The notes below the pieces were generated by a model that did no database searches, was not told where the DNA came from, and saw only the letters and a program-made list of their open reading frames with translations. Below are positions 1 to 9,767 of a stretch of 64,000 nucleotides of DNA, one piece after another. Numbering within the stretch: the first letter of the stretch is position 1; every line of letters starts with the position of its first letter. Origin of the DNA: an uncultured Arcobacteraceae bacterium (GTDB taxonomy: Bacteria > Campylobacterota > Campylobacteria > Campylobacterales > Arcobacteraceae). Where the stretch lies: the NCBI GenBank assembly GCA_964022095.1, contig CAXHZO010000002.1, forward strand, positions 256,001 to 320,000. The letters run 5' to 3'. The position numbers and the translations under genes are program-made.

Positions 1-430
1 TGTGGGTATCTTGTGCAACTCCTTGAAAACCTGCAACTATTATAACATTTCCATCACTAATTGCTTTTTTCATTTCAGTTGTATCAATTGCTTCAATTCT
101 AGCTTTTGTATGGGCATTGTCTGTTATGATACCTGCTTGTCTACCACTCATAGATGTTGCTTTATACCCTTGCTCATTTAATGCAATTGATAAAAGTGCA
201 GAGGTAACTCTTTCACCTGAACTTAAAAGCATGTCAATTTCATCTGCTTTTGGATTACTTGAAAAATTTTCAGCATACTCTATTAACTTATTTGTTTCTC
301 CACTCATAGCAGAAACTACTGCAATTACATCATGTCCTTCATCTTTTATATCTTTTATAATATTTGCAACATTCTGTATTCTTTCAAGTGTACCAACACT
401 TGTTCCACCAAATTTAAGTACTTTTAACAT
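1..430 (-). CDS. lysC: Aspartate kinase, N-terminal part (runs off window start)
   Basis: Not in ORF track. Manual minus-strand translation from ATG at 430 gives MLKVLKFGGTSVGTLERI...VVSAMSGETNKL...LLSSGERVTSALL...VIIVAGFQG, the canonical aspartokinase motifs. AAGGA SD upstream. Confidence 0.95.
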   Translation of the reverse strand, partial: MLKVLKFGGTSVGTLERIQNVANIIKDIKDEGHDVIAVVSAMSGETNKLIEYAENFSSNPKADEIDMLLSSGERVTSALLSIALNEQGYKATSMSGRQAGIITDNAHTKARIEAIDTTEMKKAISDGNVIIVAGFQGVAQDTH

Positions 431-447
431 TTAAACTATAATCCTTT

Positions 448-948
448 TTAAATATAACCTTCTGATTTAAAATATTTTAAAACTTGTTTATAAACTGTTC
501 TTTTAAAGAAAGTTATGTAGTCGTAAATATTTTTTGTTGGTACAAATTTATATTCACTGAATTCTGGAATTTCAGTTTCAATATTTATTTTTGCACCTTT
601 TTTTAATTTTACTAAATAGTATTTTTGTATTTGCCCATCATAAGGATACATTTTTTTTGCTATTGCTGCAGGGAATTCATAAGATACCCATTTTGGGTAT
701 TCAGCAATGATTTCAATTTCTCTTGTTCCTATTTCCTCTTCAAGCTCTCTATATAAAGCCTCTTTTGCTGTTTCTCCTTCGTCAATTCCTCCTTGTGGGA
801 ATTGCCAAGCATTTTCAACATCAGTTCTTGAGGCTATAAAAATCTCGCATGTGTGAGGGTATTTTGCTGATAGTACAATTGCTGCTACATTAGGTCTAAA
901 ATTTTTTTTAGTTTTATTTTCACTTGTCATCTCTTTTTTATCAGTCAT
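448..948 (-). CDS. rppH: RNA pyrophosphohydrolase (Nudix)
   Basis: FRPNVAAIV start, WQFPQGGIDEGE...ALYRELEEEIG Nudix box, GQIQKYY and FKRTVY motifs. Confidence 0.95.
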   Translation of the reverse strand: MTDKKEMTSENKTKKNFRPNVAAIVLSAKYPHTCEIFIASRTDVENAWQFPQGGIDEGETAKEALYRELEEEIGTREIEIIAEYPKWVSYEFPAAIAKKMYPYDGQIQKYYLVKLKKGAKINIETEIPEFSEYKFVPTKNIYDYITFFKRTVYKQVLKYFKSEGYI

Positions 949-1003
949 AAATATATTTTCCCTTATAATTAGCCAAAGATTTTACAAAAAATAGGATTAA
1001 AAA

Positions 1004-2068
1004 TTGCTTTTATATATACACATACCATTTTGCGACAGTAAATGTTTTTATTGTGCATTCAATTCATATACAGATAGATTTCATTTAAAATCAGAGTATA
1101 TGAAAGCTTTAAAAAAGCAATTAAAATTCGATATAAATAATTATGATATAAAACATAATAGTATTGAAACAGTATTTATAGGAGGAGGGACACCTTCTAC
1201 TATAAAGCATTTTGAATATGAAGAGGTTTTTGAAATTATAAAACCATATTTAAAAGAAAATGCAGAGGTTACAACAGAAGCAAATCCTAATTCTGCTAGT
1301 CAAGTTTGGTTAGAGAATATGAATAGATATGGTGTCAATAGAGTAAGCTTTGGAGTACAAAGTTTTAATAATGATAAGCTAAAATTCTTAGGACGAGCGC
1401 ATAATGTAAATAGTGCAATAAATGCTATACAAAGAGCTAATAGTATAGGGTTTAATGGTATTAATTGCGATATAATATATGGTGTTCAAGGTGATACTAT
1501 AGAGTCTATAAAATCAGATTTAGATATGGCGTTTGCATTGCCAATTACTCATTTAAGTGCTTATTCTTTAACTATTGAAGAGGGTACAAAGTTTTTTGAC
1601 AGAAGTAGTGTGAAAATTGATGATGAAGACTTATCATATGAAATTTTTGACCACATAGAAAGTTGTGGTTTTAAGCAATATGAAATATCAAATTTCGCAA
1701 GAGATAAAAAATATGAATCAAAACATAATTATGGATATTGGGAATATAAAAATTATTTGGGTGTCGGAGCAGGGGCAGTTGGTTGTATGAATAACAAAAG
1801 ATATTATCCAAATAAAAGTATAGAGGAATATATCTCAAATCCAACTAATTATGAGTATGAAAAGCTAAGTTGTGATGATGTAAAAACAGAGAAAGTTTTA
1901 CTTGGGTTTAGATGCTCAAATGGGGTTAAAAAATCAATATTTACAGAAGATGAAATAAAAAAAGTTGATGATTTAATCGAACATGACAAATTAGAAGTGG
2001 TAAATGATAAAGTTTTCAATAAAAACTTCTTACTTTCTGATGAATTAGCTTTATATATATTAGGTTAA
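1004..2068 (+). CDS. hemW: Radical SAM heme chaperone HemW (HemN-like)
   Basis: LYIHIPFC-x3-C-x2-C (CDSKCFYC), GGGTPS, YEISNF, HN-x2-YW motifs. Confidence 0.9.
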   Translation: MLLYIHIPFCDSKCFYCAFNSYTDRFHLKSEYMKALKKQLKFDINNYDIKHNSIETVFIGGGTPSTIKHFEYEEVFEIIKPYLKENAEVTTEANPNSASQVWLENMNRYGVNRVSFGVQSFNNDKLKFLGRAHNVNSAINAIQRANSIGFNGINCDIIYGVQGDTIESIKSDLDMAFALPITHLSAYSLTIEEGTKFFDRSSVKIDDEDLSYEIFDHIESCGFKQYEISNFARDKKYESKHNYGYWEYKNYLGVGAGAVGCMNNKRYYPNKSIEEYISNPTNYEYEKLSCDDVKTEKVLLGFRCSNGVKKSIFTEDEIKKVDDLIEHDKLEVVNDKVFNKNFLLSDELALYILG

Positions 2069-2112
2069 TCATTTTAATAATATAATCAGACCTTTAAAGG
2101 ATTTATTAATTT

Positions 2113-2937
2113 ATGACAATAAAACAAACAGTTAGAAAATACACACAAGAACTTAAATATGTAACACATATTCCAGCAAAAGAAGTTGAAATTTTGATGT
2201 TACATATTCTAGGAAAAAATACTATATGGCTTCATTTAAATTATAATGAAGAGTTTACTCATGAAAAAGAGCTAGAAAAACTAGTAAAAAAAAGAGCTAC
2301 AAACTATCCCTTAGAATACATTATTAATAAAGCAACATTTTATGGTGAAACTTTTATTGTAAAGCAGGGTGTTTTAATTCCAAGACCAGAAACTGAGATA
2401 CTTGTAGAAAATGCTTTTGAAATATTAAAAGATATTAAAAATCCTAAAATATTAGAAATAGGAATAGGAAGTGGAATAATATCTGTAATGTTAGCTATGA
2501 TGATTGAAGATATTTCAATAGTTGCTGTTGATATAAATGAAAAAGCAATTGAACTAGCAAAACAAAATGCAAAGAAGTTTGATGTTGAGAATAAGATAGA
2601 GTTTAGGTTAAGTGATACATTTGAAAATGTAAATGAAAATGCTTTTGATATGGTGATTTCAAACCCACCATATATAGCAGATGATTATAAGTTACCTGAT
2701 AATGTAAAATATGAACCTTCAAATGCACTTTTTGGTGGAAAAGTAGGGGATGAGTTACTAAAAAAGATTATTGATGGTACATATGAGAGAAAAACTCCAT
2801 ATTTACTATGTGAGATGGGTTTTGATCAAAAAAAGCCTTTAGAAGAGTATCTTAAAAACTTCAAAGTTGAAATGTATAATTTTTATAAAGATTATGAAAA
2901 GTTTGACAGAGGTTTTACAATAAAATTTAAATATTAA
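2113..2937 (+). CDS. prmC: Release factor glutamine N5-methyltransferase
   Basis: PLEYI...VLIPRPETE, EIGIGSG SAM-binding motif, SNPPY. Confidence 0.95.
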   Translation: MTIKQTVRKYTQELKYVTHIPAKEVEILMLHILGKNTIWLHLNYNEEFTHEKELEKLVKKRATNYPLEYIINKATFYGETFIVKQGVLIPRPETEILVENAFEILKDIKNPKILEIGIGSGIISVMLAMMIEDISIVAVDINEKAIELAKQNAKKFDVENKIEFRLSDTFENVNENAFDMVISNPPYIADDYKLPDNVKYEPSNALFGGKVGDELLKKIIDGTYERKTPYLLCEMGFDQKKPLEEYLKNFKVEMYNFYKDYEKFDRGFTIKFKY

Positions 2938-2951
2938 AAGGAGTATTAAAA

Positions 2952-4919
2952 ATGTTTAAAGAATTTAATTTAGAAAAATTAGAAGATTCAAAAAATTTAT
3001 TAGAAGATTTATTAAACGATAATAGAAAAAAAATAGATGAGTTATTAAGTATTGAAAATAAAACATACAAAAATTTTGTTTTACCATTTCAAGAAATAGG
3101 GGAGAGTATTGGTGATTTTGTTACACCAATCTTTCATATTGATTCAGTTAAAAACTCAGAAATAACTACAAAAGTGTACGAAGAATGTATCCCGGTTTTA
3201 TCAAAATATGAAACTGAGATTTCTCAGAATGATAATATTTATTTAGCTTTAAAAGATATACAGTCTAATGAAAAAAGTACTTTAAGTATTATACAAAATA
3301 AAGTTTTAGAAAATGAAATTAGAGACTTTAAACTTTCAGGTTGTCATTTAGAAAATAACAAAAAGAAAAGACTTGAAGAGATAAGTTTAAAACTTAGTGA
3401 GATTTCTCATAAGTTTTCATTGAATCTTTTAAATGCTACAAATGCCTTTGAAATGATTTGTGAAGATTATGAAGATGTAAAAGAGATTCCAAAATCAGAT
3501 TTAGAGTTAGCTAAGTTTGAAGAAGATGGAAAAATAAGATATAAGTTTACACTTCAAATGCCTTCTTATTTAGCATATATTACATATGGTACAAATAGAG
3601 CTAAAAGAGAAGAGATTTATAAAGCATATTGTACAAGAGCACCTGAAAACGGAAAAATCATTGAAGAGATACTTGCATTAAAAGATGAAAAAGTAAAATT
3701 ACTTGGATTTGACAATTATTCACAGTATTCATTAGCTACTAAAATGGCTTCAAAAGAAGAGGAGGTTGTTTCATTTTTAAGTGAACTTGGACATAAAGCA
3801 CTTCCAAAAGCTAAAGAAGAGTTAAAAGAGCTTAAAGCCCTTGCTTTAAAAGATGGAATAGAAGATTTTAATTCTTTTGATGCAGCTTATTATTCAGAAA
3901 AATTAAAAAAAGCACAGTATGACTTAGATGAAGAGTATTATAGACCATACTTTGAGCAACAATCTGTTTTAAATGGTTTCTTTGACTTCTTAGAGCAAAT
4001 GTTTAATATTAAGTTTATCAAGGCTAATACACCTGCATGGGATGATAAAGTTAAGGTATATGATTTAAATGAAGATGAAAAAGTAATAGCTAGAATTTAT
4101 ATAGATTTAGAAGCTAGAAAAGAAAAACGCGGTGGTGCGTGGATGAATAACTGGCATTCACACTTTAAAAATAGTGATGGGGAAATTAAATTACCAACTG
4201 CTTTTATTGTAGGAAACTTTCCTCAATCAAAAGATGGTACTCCATCATTATTAAGACATAGTGATGTTGTAACACTATTTCATGAAATGGGTCATGCATT
4301 ACATCATTTATTAAGTAAAGTTGAAGAGCCATTTGTAAGTGGTATTTCTGGTGTTGCTTGGGATACTGTTGAGTTCCCTTCTCAGTTTTTGGAGTATTTC
4401 TCATATGATAAAGAAGTATTGAAATTATTTGCAAAACACTATAAAACAGGAAAAACTTTAGATGACGAAGCAATTGATAAAATAATAAAAGCAAAGAATT
4501 TCCAATCTTCTATGGCAACAATTAGACAAGTCGAATTTGCACTGTTTGATTTTAAACTACATCAAAAGTTATACAAAACAGAAGATGATATTCAAGGTTT
4601 ATTAAATACAGTTAGGGATGAGTTCTCTGCAATGCTACCACCATCATATAATAAATTTCAAAATGGGTTTTCTCATATATTTGCCGGTGGGTACGCTGCT
4701 GGATACTATTCTTACAAGTGGGCAGAAGTATTAAGTGCTGATGCATTTTATATGTTTATTGATTCTGGAAACATCTTTAATAAAGAATTAGGAATCAAAT
4801 ATAGAGATTGTATTTTAAGTAAAGGTGGCTCTTATGATATGGATAAATTATTTTTCGATTTTGCACAAAGAGAACCAAGTGTTGATTCTTTATTAAAAAT
4901 TGATGGAATTATTAGCTAA
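2952..4919 (+). CDS. prlC: M3 family oligopeptidase A
   Basis: KRGGAWM, TLFHEMGHALH (HExxH), VEFPSQ, FSHIFAGGYAAGYYSYKWAEVL. Confidence 0.9.
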   Translation: MFKEFNLEKLEDSKNLLEDLLNDNRKKIDELLSIENKTYKNFVLPFQEIGESIGDFVTPIFHIDSVKNSEITTKVYEECIPVLSKYETEISQNDNIYLALKDIQSNEKSTLSIIQNKVLENEIRDFKLSGCHLENNKKKRLEEISLKLSEISHKFSLNLLNATNAFEMICEDYEDVKEIPKSDLELAKFEEDGKIRYKFTLQMPSYLAYITYGTNRAKREEIYKAYCTRAPENGKIIEEILALKDEKVKLLGFDNYSQYSLATKMASKEEEVVSFLSELGHKALPKAKEELKELKALALKDGIEDFNSFDAAYYSEKLKKAQYDLDEEYYRPYFEQQSVLNGFFDFLEQMFNIKFIKANTPAWDDKVKVYDLNEDEKVIARIYIDLEARKEKRGGAWMNNWHSHFKNSDGEIKLPTAFIVGNFPQSKDGTPSLLRHSDVVTLFHEMGHALHHLLSKVEEPFVSGISGVAWDTVEFPSQFLEYFSYDKEVLKLFAKHYKTGKTLDDEAIDKIIKAKNFQSSMATIRQVEFALFDFKLHQKLYKTEDDIQGLLNTVRDEFSAMLPPSYNKFQNGFSHIFAGGYAAGYYSYKWAEVLSADAFYMFIDSGNIFNKELGIKYRDCILSKGGSYDMDKLFFDFAQREPSVDSLLKIDGIIS

Positions 4920-4973
4920 ATTTTGCAATAATATCAACTTAATTTTATAATATCATATGAGGGTTTAATAATC

Positions 4974-5480
4974 ATGACAAATGCAGAGACAATAACAAAA
5001 CTAAATGAAGCTTTAAATACATTAATTAAAGCATATGAAGAACTTCAAGAAGATAGTAATATCTTGGAAAATAAAGTAAAAGATTTAGAAGAAGAAGTAT
5101 CTGAACTAAAATCTGCAAAACATGACTTAGAAGTGCATGTTGAAGAATTAACTTCTTCAAAAGAAGATTTAGAGAAAAATTTAGATGAGTATGAGTCTCA
5201 TAAAGAAGAAGATAATACTAATATAAATTCTATGTTAGGAAAAATCGAATCTTTATTAGGTAGTAAATCAGAAAAGAAATCTTTTGATAACGCTAAAGAA
5301 GATGATACTGAAGAAGTAAAAGAAGAAAACACTCTTTTAGATAATATTTCTGATGAAGAAACAAAAAGTAGTCTTTATGAAAAAGTAGAAGAGATTAGTG
5401 AAGATAAAGATGGTGATGATAAAGAGAATAAAATAGATTTAAATAGAATGGCTTCACTTTTAAATGGATTTAATAAGTAA
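4974..5480 (+). CDS. Acidic coiled-coil hypothetical protein (ZapB-like N-terminus possible)
   Basis: GAGG SD. Heptad-rich N-terminal ~95 aa, acidic disordered tail, short helical C-terminus. Confidence 0.7.
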   Translation: MTNAETITKLNEALNTLIKAYEELQEDSNILENKVKDLEEEVSELKSAKHDLEVHVEELTSSKEDLEKNLDEYESHKEEDNTNINSMLGKIESLLGSKSEKKSFDNAKEDDTEEVKEENTLLDNISDEETKSSLYEKVEEISEDKDGDDKENKIDLNRMASLLNGFNK

Positions 5481-5490
5481 CTAATTTTCA

Positions 5491-5760
5491 ATGATAACAT
5501 TAATAAATAAAGATTCTTTGTATAACTCATTTGGAGTTCAGGAATTTTCTAATTTAGAAGGGGCTATAGAGTCTATGGCTCCTTCTTTAGTAGAGTACTA
5601 TTTATCGAGTCTTTGTGAGTATACTGAAGAAGTTTATTTCAATAAAAGAGAAATAGAAAATAGTATATTTTTAGGGGAATATAGCTTATACAAAGATTAT
5701 AATAGTAATATCTATTTAGAAATAGACACTACAGAAGAAGAAACACAATCTTTATGGTAG
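5491..5760 (+). CDS. Hypothetical protein
   Basis: 89-aa ORF 10 nt after the previous gene, filling the space up to the convergent gene. Confidence 0.65.
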   Translation: MITLINKDSLYNSFGVQEFSNLEGAIESMAPSLVEYYLSSLCEYTEEVYFNKREIENSIFLGEYSLYKDYNSNIYLEIDTTEEETQSLW

Positions 5761-5763
5761 TGT

Positions 5764-6123
5764 TTAAACTTTACTATTTGCTAAAATCATATCTTCTATT
5801 CCAGCACACATACCTAAATGTGGAAGTAGAGTAAACTCTATTTCTGGATTCAATTTTTTAAATTTTTTAATTTCTGAAGGAATATCTGTTTTTACATGTT
5901 TCCCAGCAGCCAAGAAATAAGGAAATATTTTTATATGAGTACATTTCATTCCTACTGCTTTTGTTAGGCAATGAAAAATTGAAGGATCTGCTAATTCTAA
6001 AAAAGCATGCTCTACTAAAATATCTTCACTGCACTGTTGTTTGATTTTATTACATAAATTTATAATTTCTTGATTTGATGATTGAACTTTACTTCCATGA
6101 GCAACAATAATTAATGCTTCCAT
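5764..6123 (-). CDS. Short CbiX/SirB-type sirohydrochlorin chelatase
   Basis: IIVAHGS, HAFLE, PYFLAAGKHVKTDIP motifs; single-domain 119 aa. Confidence 0.85.
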   Translation of the reverse strand: MEALIIVAHGSKVQSSNQEIINLCNKIKQQCSEDILVEHAFLELADPSIFHCLTKAVGMKCTHIKIFPYFLAAGKHVKTDIPSEIKKFKKLNPEIEFTLLPHLGMCAGIEDMILANSKV

Positions 6124-6184
6124 TTAATATTTTCCTTTTTTGATATAATATCTAAATAGATTATAAATAGATATTCTTTTTTTG

Positions 6185-7240
6185 TCAATCCATAAGGTTA
6201 ACAGTTGCTTTTAGTCTTTGTTTGTCAAAATGCGTATAAATTCTTGAGGTGTTTATATCAGCATGTCCTAATGCCTCTTGAACTAATATTAAATCATGAT
6301 GTTTTGTATAAAGTAGGGTAGCAAAACTATGTCTTAACATATGCGCACCATTCTTTTCTTTTCTTATTCCTGCAGTTATTAAAATGTTCTCAACAATTCT
6401 ACTTATATATGCTTGAGTTAATCTATTACCTTTTTGATTACAAACTAGTAAGTCACTGGCGCAACATCTCATTTCAAGCCAGTTTTTTAAATCTTTTTCA
6501 ATAATTGAAGCTTTTATCATTACAACTCTTGGTTTATTACCTTTTCCTTTGATTTGTAAGACATAAACTCCATCTTCTTTGAAAATATCTTTTAGATTTA
6601 GATTTAATATTTCACTAACTCTTACGCCTGTATAAATAATAATTTTTAATATAAGTCTATTTCTATAGACCGTATTGTTAGTAAATTCAAATGTATTGAT
6701 TGCCTCTAAAAATCTATCTATTTCTTCTTTATTCATATAAGAAGGTAATTTTTGACCACTTTTACCACTTAAACCTTGCCAGTTTTTTAATTCAATTTTA
6801 TATGAATGGGTTGTACCATCTATATTTTCATTTTGTTTATCTATATAAGAAAATAGCCCAAGTAGAGCAATTCTGTGATTTTTTTTTGATGCATCTGACA
6901 AAGAAGCTGTATTCGTAGCTAAAAAATCACTAAGCAATTCTTCATCAATCTCTTTCATTGAAGCTAAACCTAATTTATTACAATAATTATATAATTTAGC
7001 TAAGGGATTAAAATATGTATTTATTCCACTAAGGCCAATATTTCTAGCTTTTTTTACAATTACTTTTAAATCATCAATTGAACTAGTTCCTTTTACTAAT
7101 AACTGTAAAATTAAACCTAATTCATCTTTATCCATTACTTGTCTATTAGAAAGAGTTGTAAGTTTATACCTAATAAATCGTTCAATCCAAAAAAGAAGGG
7201 TTTTATCAAAGCTATTTGTAAAATCTAACTCATAACGCAT
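6185..7240 (-). CDS. xerH: Chromosome dimer resolution tyrosine recombinase XerH
   Basis: TGVRVSE (R), KGKGNK (K), HMLRHSFAT (HxxR), LGHA...IYTH (H, Y). ~350 aa with a MRYELDF...LLFWIERF N-terminus; difH-like site immediately upstream. Confidence 0.9.
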   Translation of the reverse strand: MRYELDFTNSFDKTLLFWIERFIRYKLTTLSNRQVMDKDELGLILQLLVKGTSSIDDLKVIVKKARNIGLSGINTYFNPLAKLYNYCNKLGLASMKEIDEELLSDFLATNTASLSDASKKNHRIALLGLFSYIDKQNENIDGTTHSYKIELKNWQGLSGKSGQKLPSYMNKEEIDRFLEAINTFEFTNNTVYRNRLILKIIIYTGVRVSEILNLNLKDIFKEDGVYVLQIKGKGNKPRVVMIKASIIEKDLKNWLEMRCCASDLLVCNQKGNRLTQAYISRIVENILITAGIRKEKNGAHMLRHSFATLLYTKHHDLILVQEALGHADINTSRIYTHFDKQRLKATVNLMD

Positions 7241-7269
7241 ATATATATCCTAAATTGTTAATTTATGTG

Positions 7270-7278
7270 ATTATAACA
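7270..7278 (-). promoter_or_regulatory. Extended -10 sigma70 promoter (TGnTATAAT) of xerH
   Basis: Plus strand ATTATAACA reads TGTTATAAT on minus, about 30 nt upstream of the xerH ATG. Confidence 0.65.
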
Positions 7279-7288
7279 TAAAAAAGTT

Positions 7289-7323
7289 AATTAGTATTGA
7301 AAACTATAATTTTCAAACTAATT
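7289..7323. other. difH chromosome dimer resolution site
   Basis: AATTAGTATTGAAAA-CTATAA-TTTTCAAACTAATT: TTGAAAA/TTTTCAA inner arms, 6-bp spacer and 1-nt asymmetric outer arms, as in the Campylobacterota difH consensus. Adjacent to xerH; gene orientation flips near here. Confidence 0.9.
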
Positions 7324-7334
7324 TGTATGTAATA

Positions 7335-7937
7335 CTACGAAGCTTTTTTTTGGATACTTTCAATTAGATTATCAGCCATTTGTTTTAATCTTTTAATATA
7401 TGTTTTAGTTAAATCAGTTGTTGGTGTTAAAGCTAGCCAGTCTATTACTTTTGCTCCAATAGCATTAGATGTATGCTCCATATACATTTTTGAAGTATAA
7501 AAACTGTGATTCATAAAATATTTTGTTGTGTTATAGTTAATAAGAATTGATGATTTACATAATGTAAGTCTTCTTGGTTGTGCACTATTTTGTGTGTAAG
7601 GCCAATAATAATATGCAACAAGTCTTTCTGAAACTTTTTCATGGATTTTGTTTTTAGAAAAAAGATGATTTCTATCAGCAAGTATTACATATGCCGTTGC
7701 TTCTTCTATTTCATCAAGTGTTTCATTCATATCATCTTTAATTACACATTTAACTGGATTCTCACCTTTTTTTAATGTACAGCATCTACATTGGGTACAT
7801 TTTGCAATTTTTAAATCAGCAAATTTTATTCTTTGATTTTTAATACCTAAATTTGTGAAGTAGTTAGATAAAAAGTTTACTACATTATCTAGAGTTTCAT
7901 GTTGTGTTTCAGTACAGTCAATAAATTTTATTAGCAT
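7335..7937 (-). CDS. Flavodoxin-fold protein related to iron-sulfur flavoprotein / NADPH-FMN reductase family (degenerate)
   Basis: CxxCxxC...CVIKDDM Cys motif typical of the family; FMN phosphate loop and SPxY motif not recognisable. Confidence 0.65.
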   Translation of the reverse strand: MLIKFIDCTETQHETLDNVVNFLSNYFTNLGIKNQRIKFADLKIAKCTQCRCCTLKKGENPVKCVIKDDMNETLDEIEEATAYVILADRNHLFSKNKIHEKVSERLVAYYYWPYTQNSAQPRRLTLCKSSILINYNTTKYFMNHSFYTSKMYMEHTSNAIGAKVIDWLALTPTTDLTKTYIKRLKQMADNLIESIQKKAS

Positions 7938-7992
7938 TCAAAAACCTTAATCATGAGTTTATTTCAAATATTAACATAATATGTCAAAAGTA

Positions 7993-9069
7993 TTACTTTT
8001 TTATTCCCTTTGAAAAATTAATTATATATTTAGCAATTTCATCTAAATGAATAATATCTTTAACCGCCCCTGCTTTTATAGCTTTCATAGGCATCCCAAA
8101 TACTACACAACTCTCTTCATTTTGGGCAACAGTATAAGCACCATTATCATATAACTCTTTCATGGCAATAGTTCCATCATCACCCATTCCTGTCATCATT
8201 ACTGCCATTGCTGCACTTCCAACATTATTGTTAACTGATCTAAATAATACATCAACACTAGGTTTATGTTGACTTACTTTACTTGCATCTAGTAGTTTTG
8301 TTTTATATTCACTCCCTACTTTCTCAATTGTAAGATGCATATTACCTGGTGCTAAATAAGCATGACCTTTTTGTAATATCATATTATCTTTTGCTTCAGC
8401 TACAATTACATTAGAGTTATCATTTAATCTATGGGCAAAAGAGTTAGAAAACCCATAAGGAATATGTTGTGTGATTAAAATTGGTGGTAAATTTGAAGGT
8501 AGAGCTTTAAATACTTTTAATAAAGATTCAACTCCACCTGTTGATGAACCAATTGCAATTAGTTTCATTCCAGGCATTAATGACTTATTTAAAGGTATTA
8601 CTTTATCTGGATGAATTTTATACTCTATATTTAAATTACTTTTAGGCTTTTGTTTACTTTTAGCTTTTGGTTTTTTTAGTGTATATCTTTTAAGTAAAAA
8701 TGTTAGGTTTAGGAGGGTCTCTTTAATTCTTTCTGCAAACACAGGCATAGGTTCACCTGATTCTGGTTTTGGTACAAAACCAACAGCACCATCATCAAAA
8801 ATATCATTACCTCTTACACTTTCTCCTGAAATTACAACAGCAGGCATAGGATGTAGTCTCATTAGGTTTCTTAAAAAAACTACACCATTCATTTTTGGCA
8901 TATTAATATCAATAGTTACTAAATCAGGCTCATACTCTTTTATCTTTTCTCTTGCATCATATGCATCATATGCAGTCGTTACTACTTCGAATTCATCAAT
9001 AGAATCAACCATATCTTTAATGATTTTTCTCATAGATGGAGAATCATCAATTACTAGTACTGTATACAA
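7993..9069 (-). CDS. cheB: Chemotaxis protein-glutamate methylesterase
   Basis: REC domain (VIDD, DINMP) plus esterase motifs GSSTGG, TQHIP, HKPSVD, MTGMGDDG. Confidence 0.95.
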   Translation of the reverse strand: MYTVLVIDDSPSMRKIIKDMVDSIDEFEVVTTAYDAYDAREKIKEYEPDLVTIDINMPKMNGVVFLRNLMRLHPMPAVVISGESVRGNDIFDDGAVGFVPKPESGEPMPVFAERIKETLLNLTFLLKRYTLKKPKAKSKQKPKSNLNIEYKIHPDKVIPLNKSLMPGMKLIAIGSSTGGVESLLKVFKALPSNLPPILITQHIPYGFSNSFAHRLNDNSNVIVAEAKDNMILQKGHAYLAPGNMHLTIEKVGSEYKTKLLDASKVSQHKPSVDVLFRSVNNNVGSAAMAVMMTGMGDDGTIAMKELYDNGAYTVAQNEESCVVFGMPMKAIKAGAVKDIIHLDEIAKYIINFSKGIKK

Positions 9070-9092
9070 TTATATTCACCCTCTTTATATAT

Positions 9093-9767
9093 TTAAAAAA
9101 GTTCAATTTCCATTTCTGGTTCTGATTTTTTATCCTCAACACCAAATAAGTCAACTCCACCAACATATTCTTTGATAACTGGAGCTTTTGTGATCTCTTT
9201 TTGTAGACTTTTCTCTTCAGTAAGAATTTTATTATCAGTTTCACTCTTTTGAGTTACTTTAATAAATGTTTCAAACTCATTAGTTAATAAAATAAGTCTA
9301 CCATGTTCTCCTCTTGTGTGTTCACTGATTAATTTAAATCCTTCAGATTTACAGAAATCTTTTGCAAATTCCACATTTCTATGACCAATAGATGAACCCA
9401 TATTTAATTGCATAATATCAGCACCGCCTGATATTTTTGCAATCATATTTGTTTTATCACAACCTAATTTGTACATTTCATTTAGCATTGCTTCAACTGA
9501 ATAAAGTCCATACTTCATGTCATCATTGTTATTATTTGTTGTAGGTAGTAAAAAATGATTCATAGCTTTGATGTTTTTTACTTTATCGTAGAACATAATT
9601 GCAACACATGAACCAAGTAAAGTTTTAAAAGCTATATGTTCAATGTCATTCCCTACTGCAAACTCTCCACCAATTACTGTATGAGTGTTGAAACCTTTAG
9701 TTTTTTGGGTAAATCTTATAGCAGAAGCTTTTTCAATACTACCATCTTTATGACCAATAATTATCAA
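9093..9767 (-). CDS. cheD: Chemoreceptor glutamine deamidase
   Basis: TLLGSCVA, MNHFLLP, KYG...ME, AKISGGA, IGHRN motifs; C-terminal GGVDLF/IELF. Confidence 0.92.
   Translation of the reverse strand: MIIIGHKDGSIEKASAIRFTQKTKGFNTHTVIGGEFAVGNDIEHIAFKTLLGSCVAIMFYDKVKNIKAMNHFLLPTTNNNNDDMKYGLYSVEAMLNEMYKLGCDKTNMIAKISGGADIMQLNMGSSIGHRNVEFAKDFCKSEGFKLISEHTRGEHGRLILLTNEFETFIKVTQKSETDNKILTEEKSLQKEITKAPVIKEYVGGVDLFGVEDKKSEPEMEIELF

Noticed and set aside
117-434. 105-aa plus-strand ORF in the track
   Set aside because: Antisense shadow of lysC, which has clear motifs on the minus strand.
6185-7240. Tyrosine recombinase as a prophage or island integrase
   Set aside because: No phage or cargo genes, tRNA or att repeats nearby; the adjacent difH site and housekeeping context indicate XerH.
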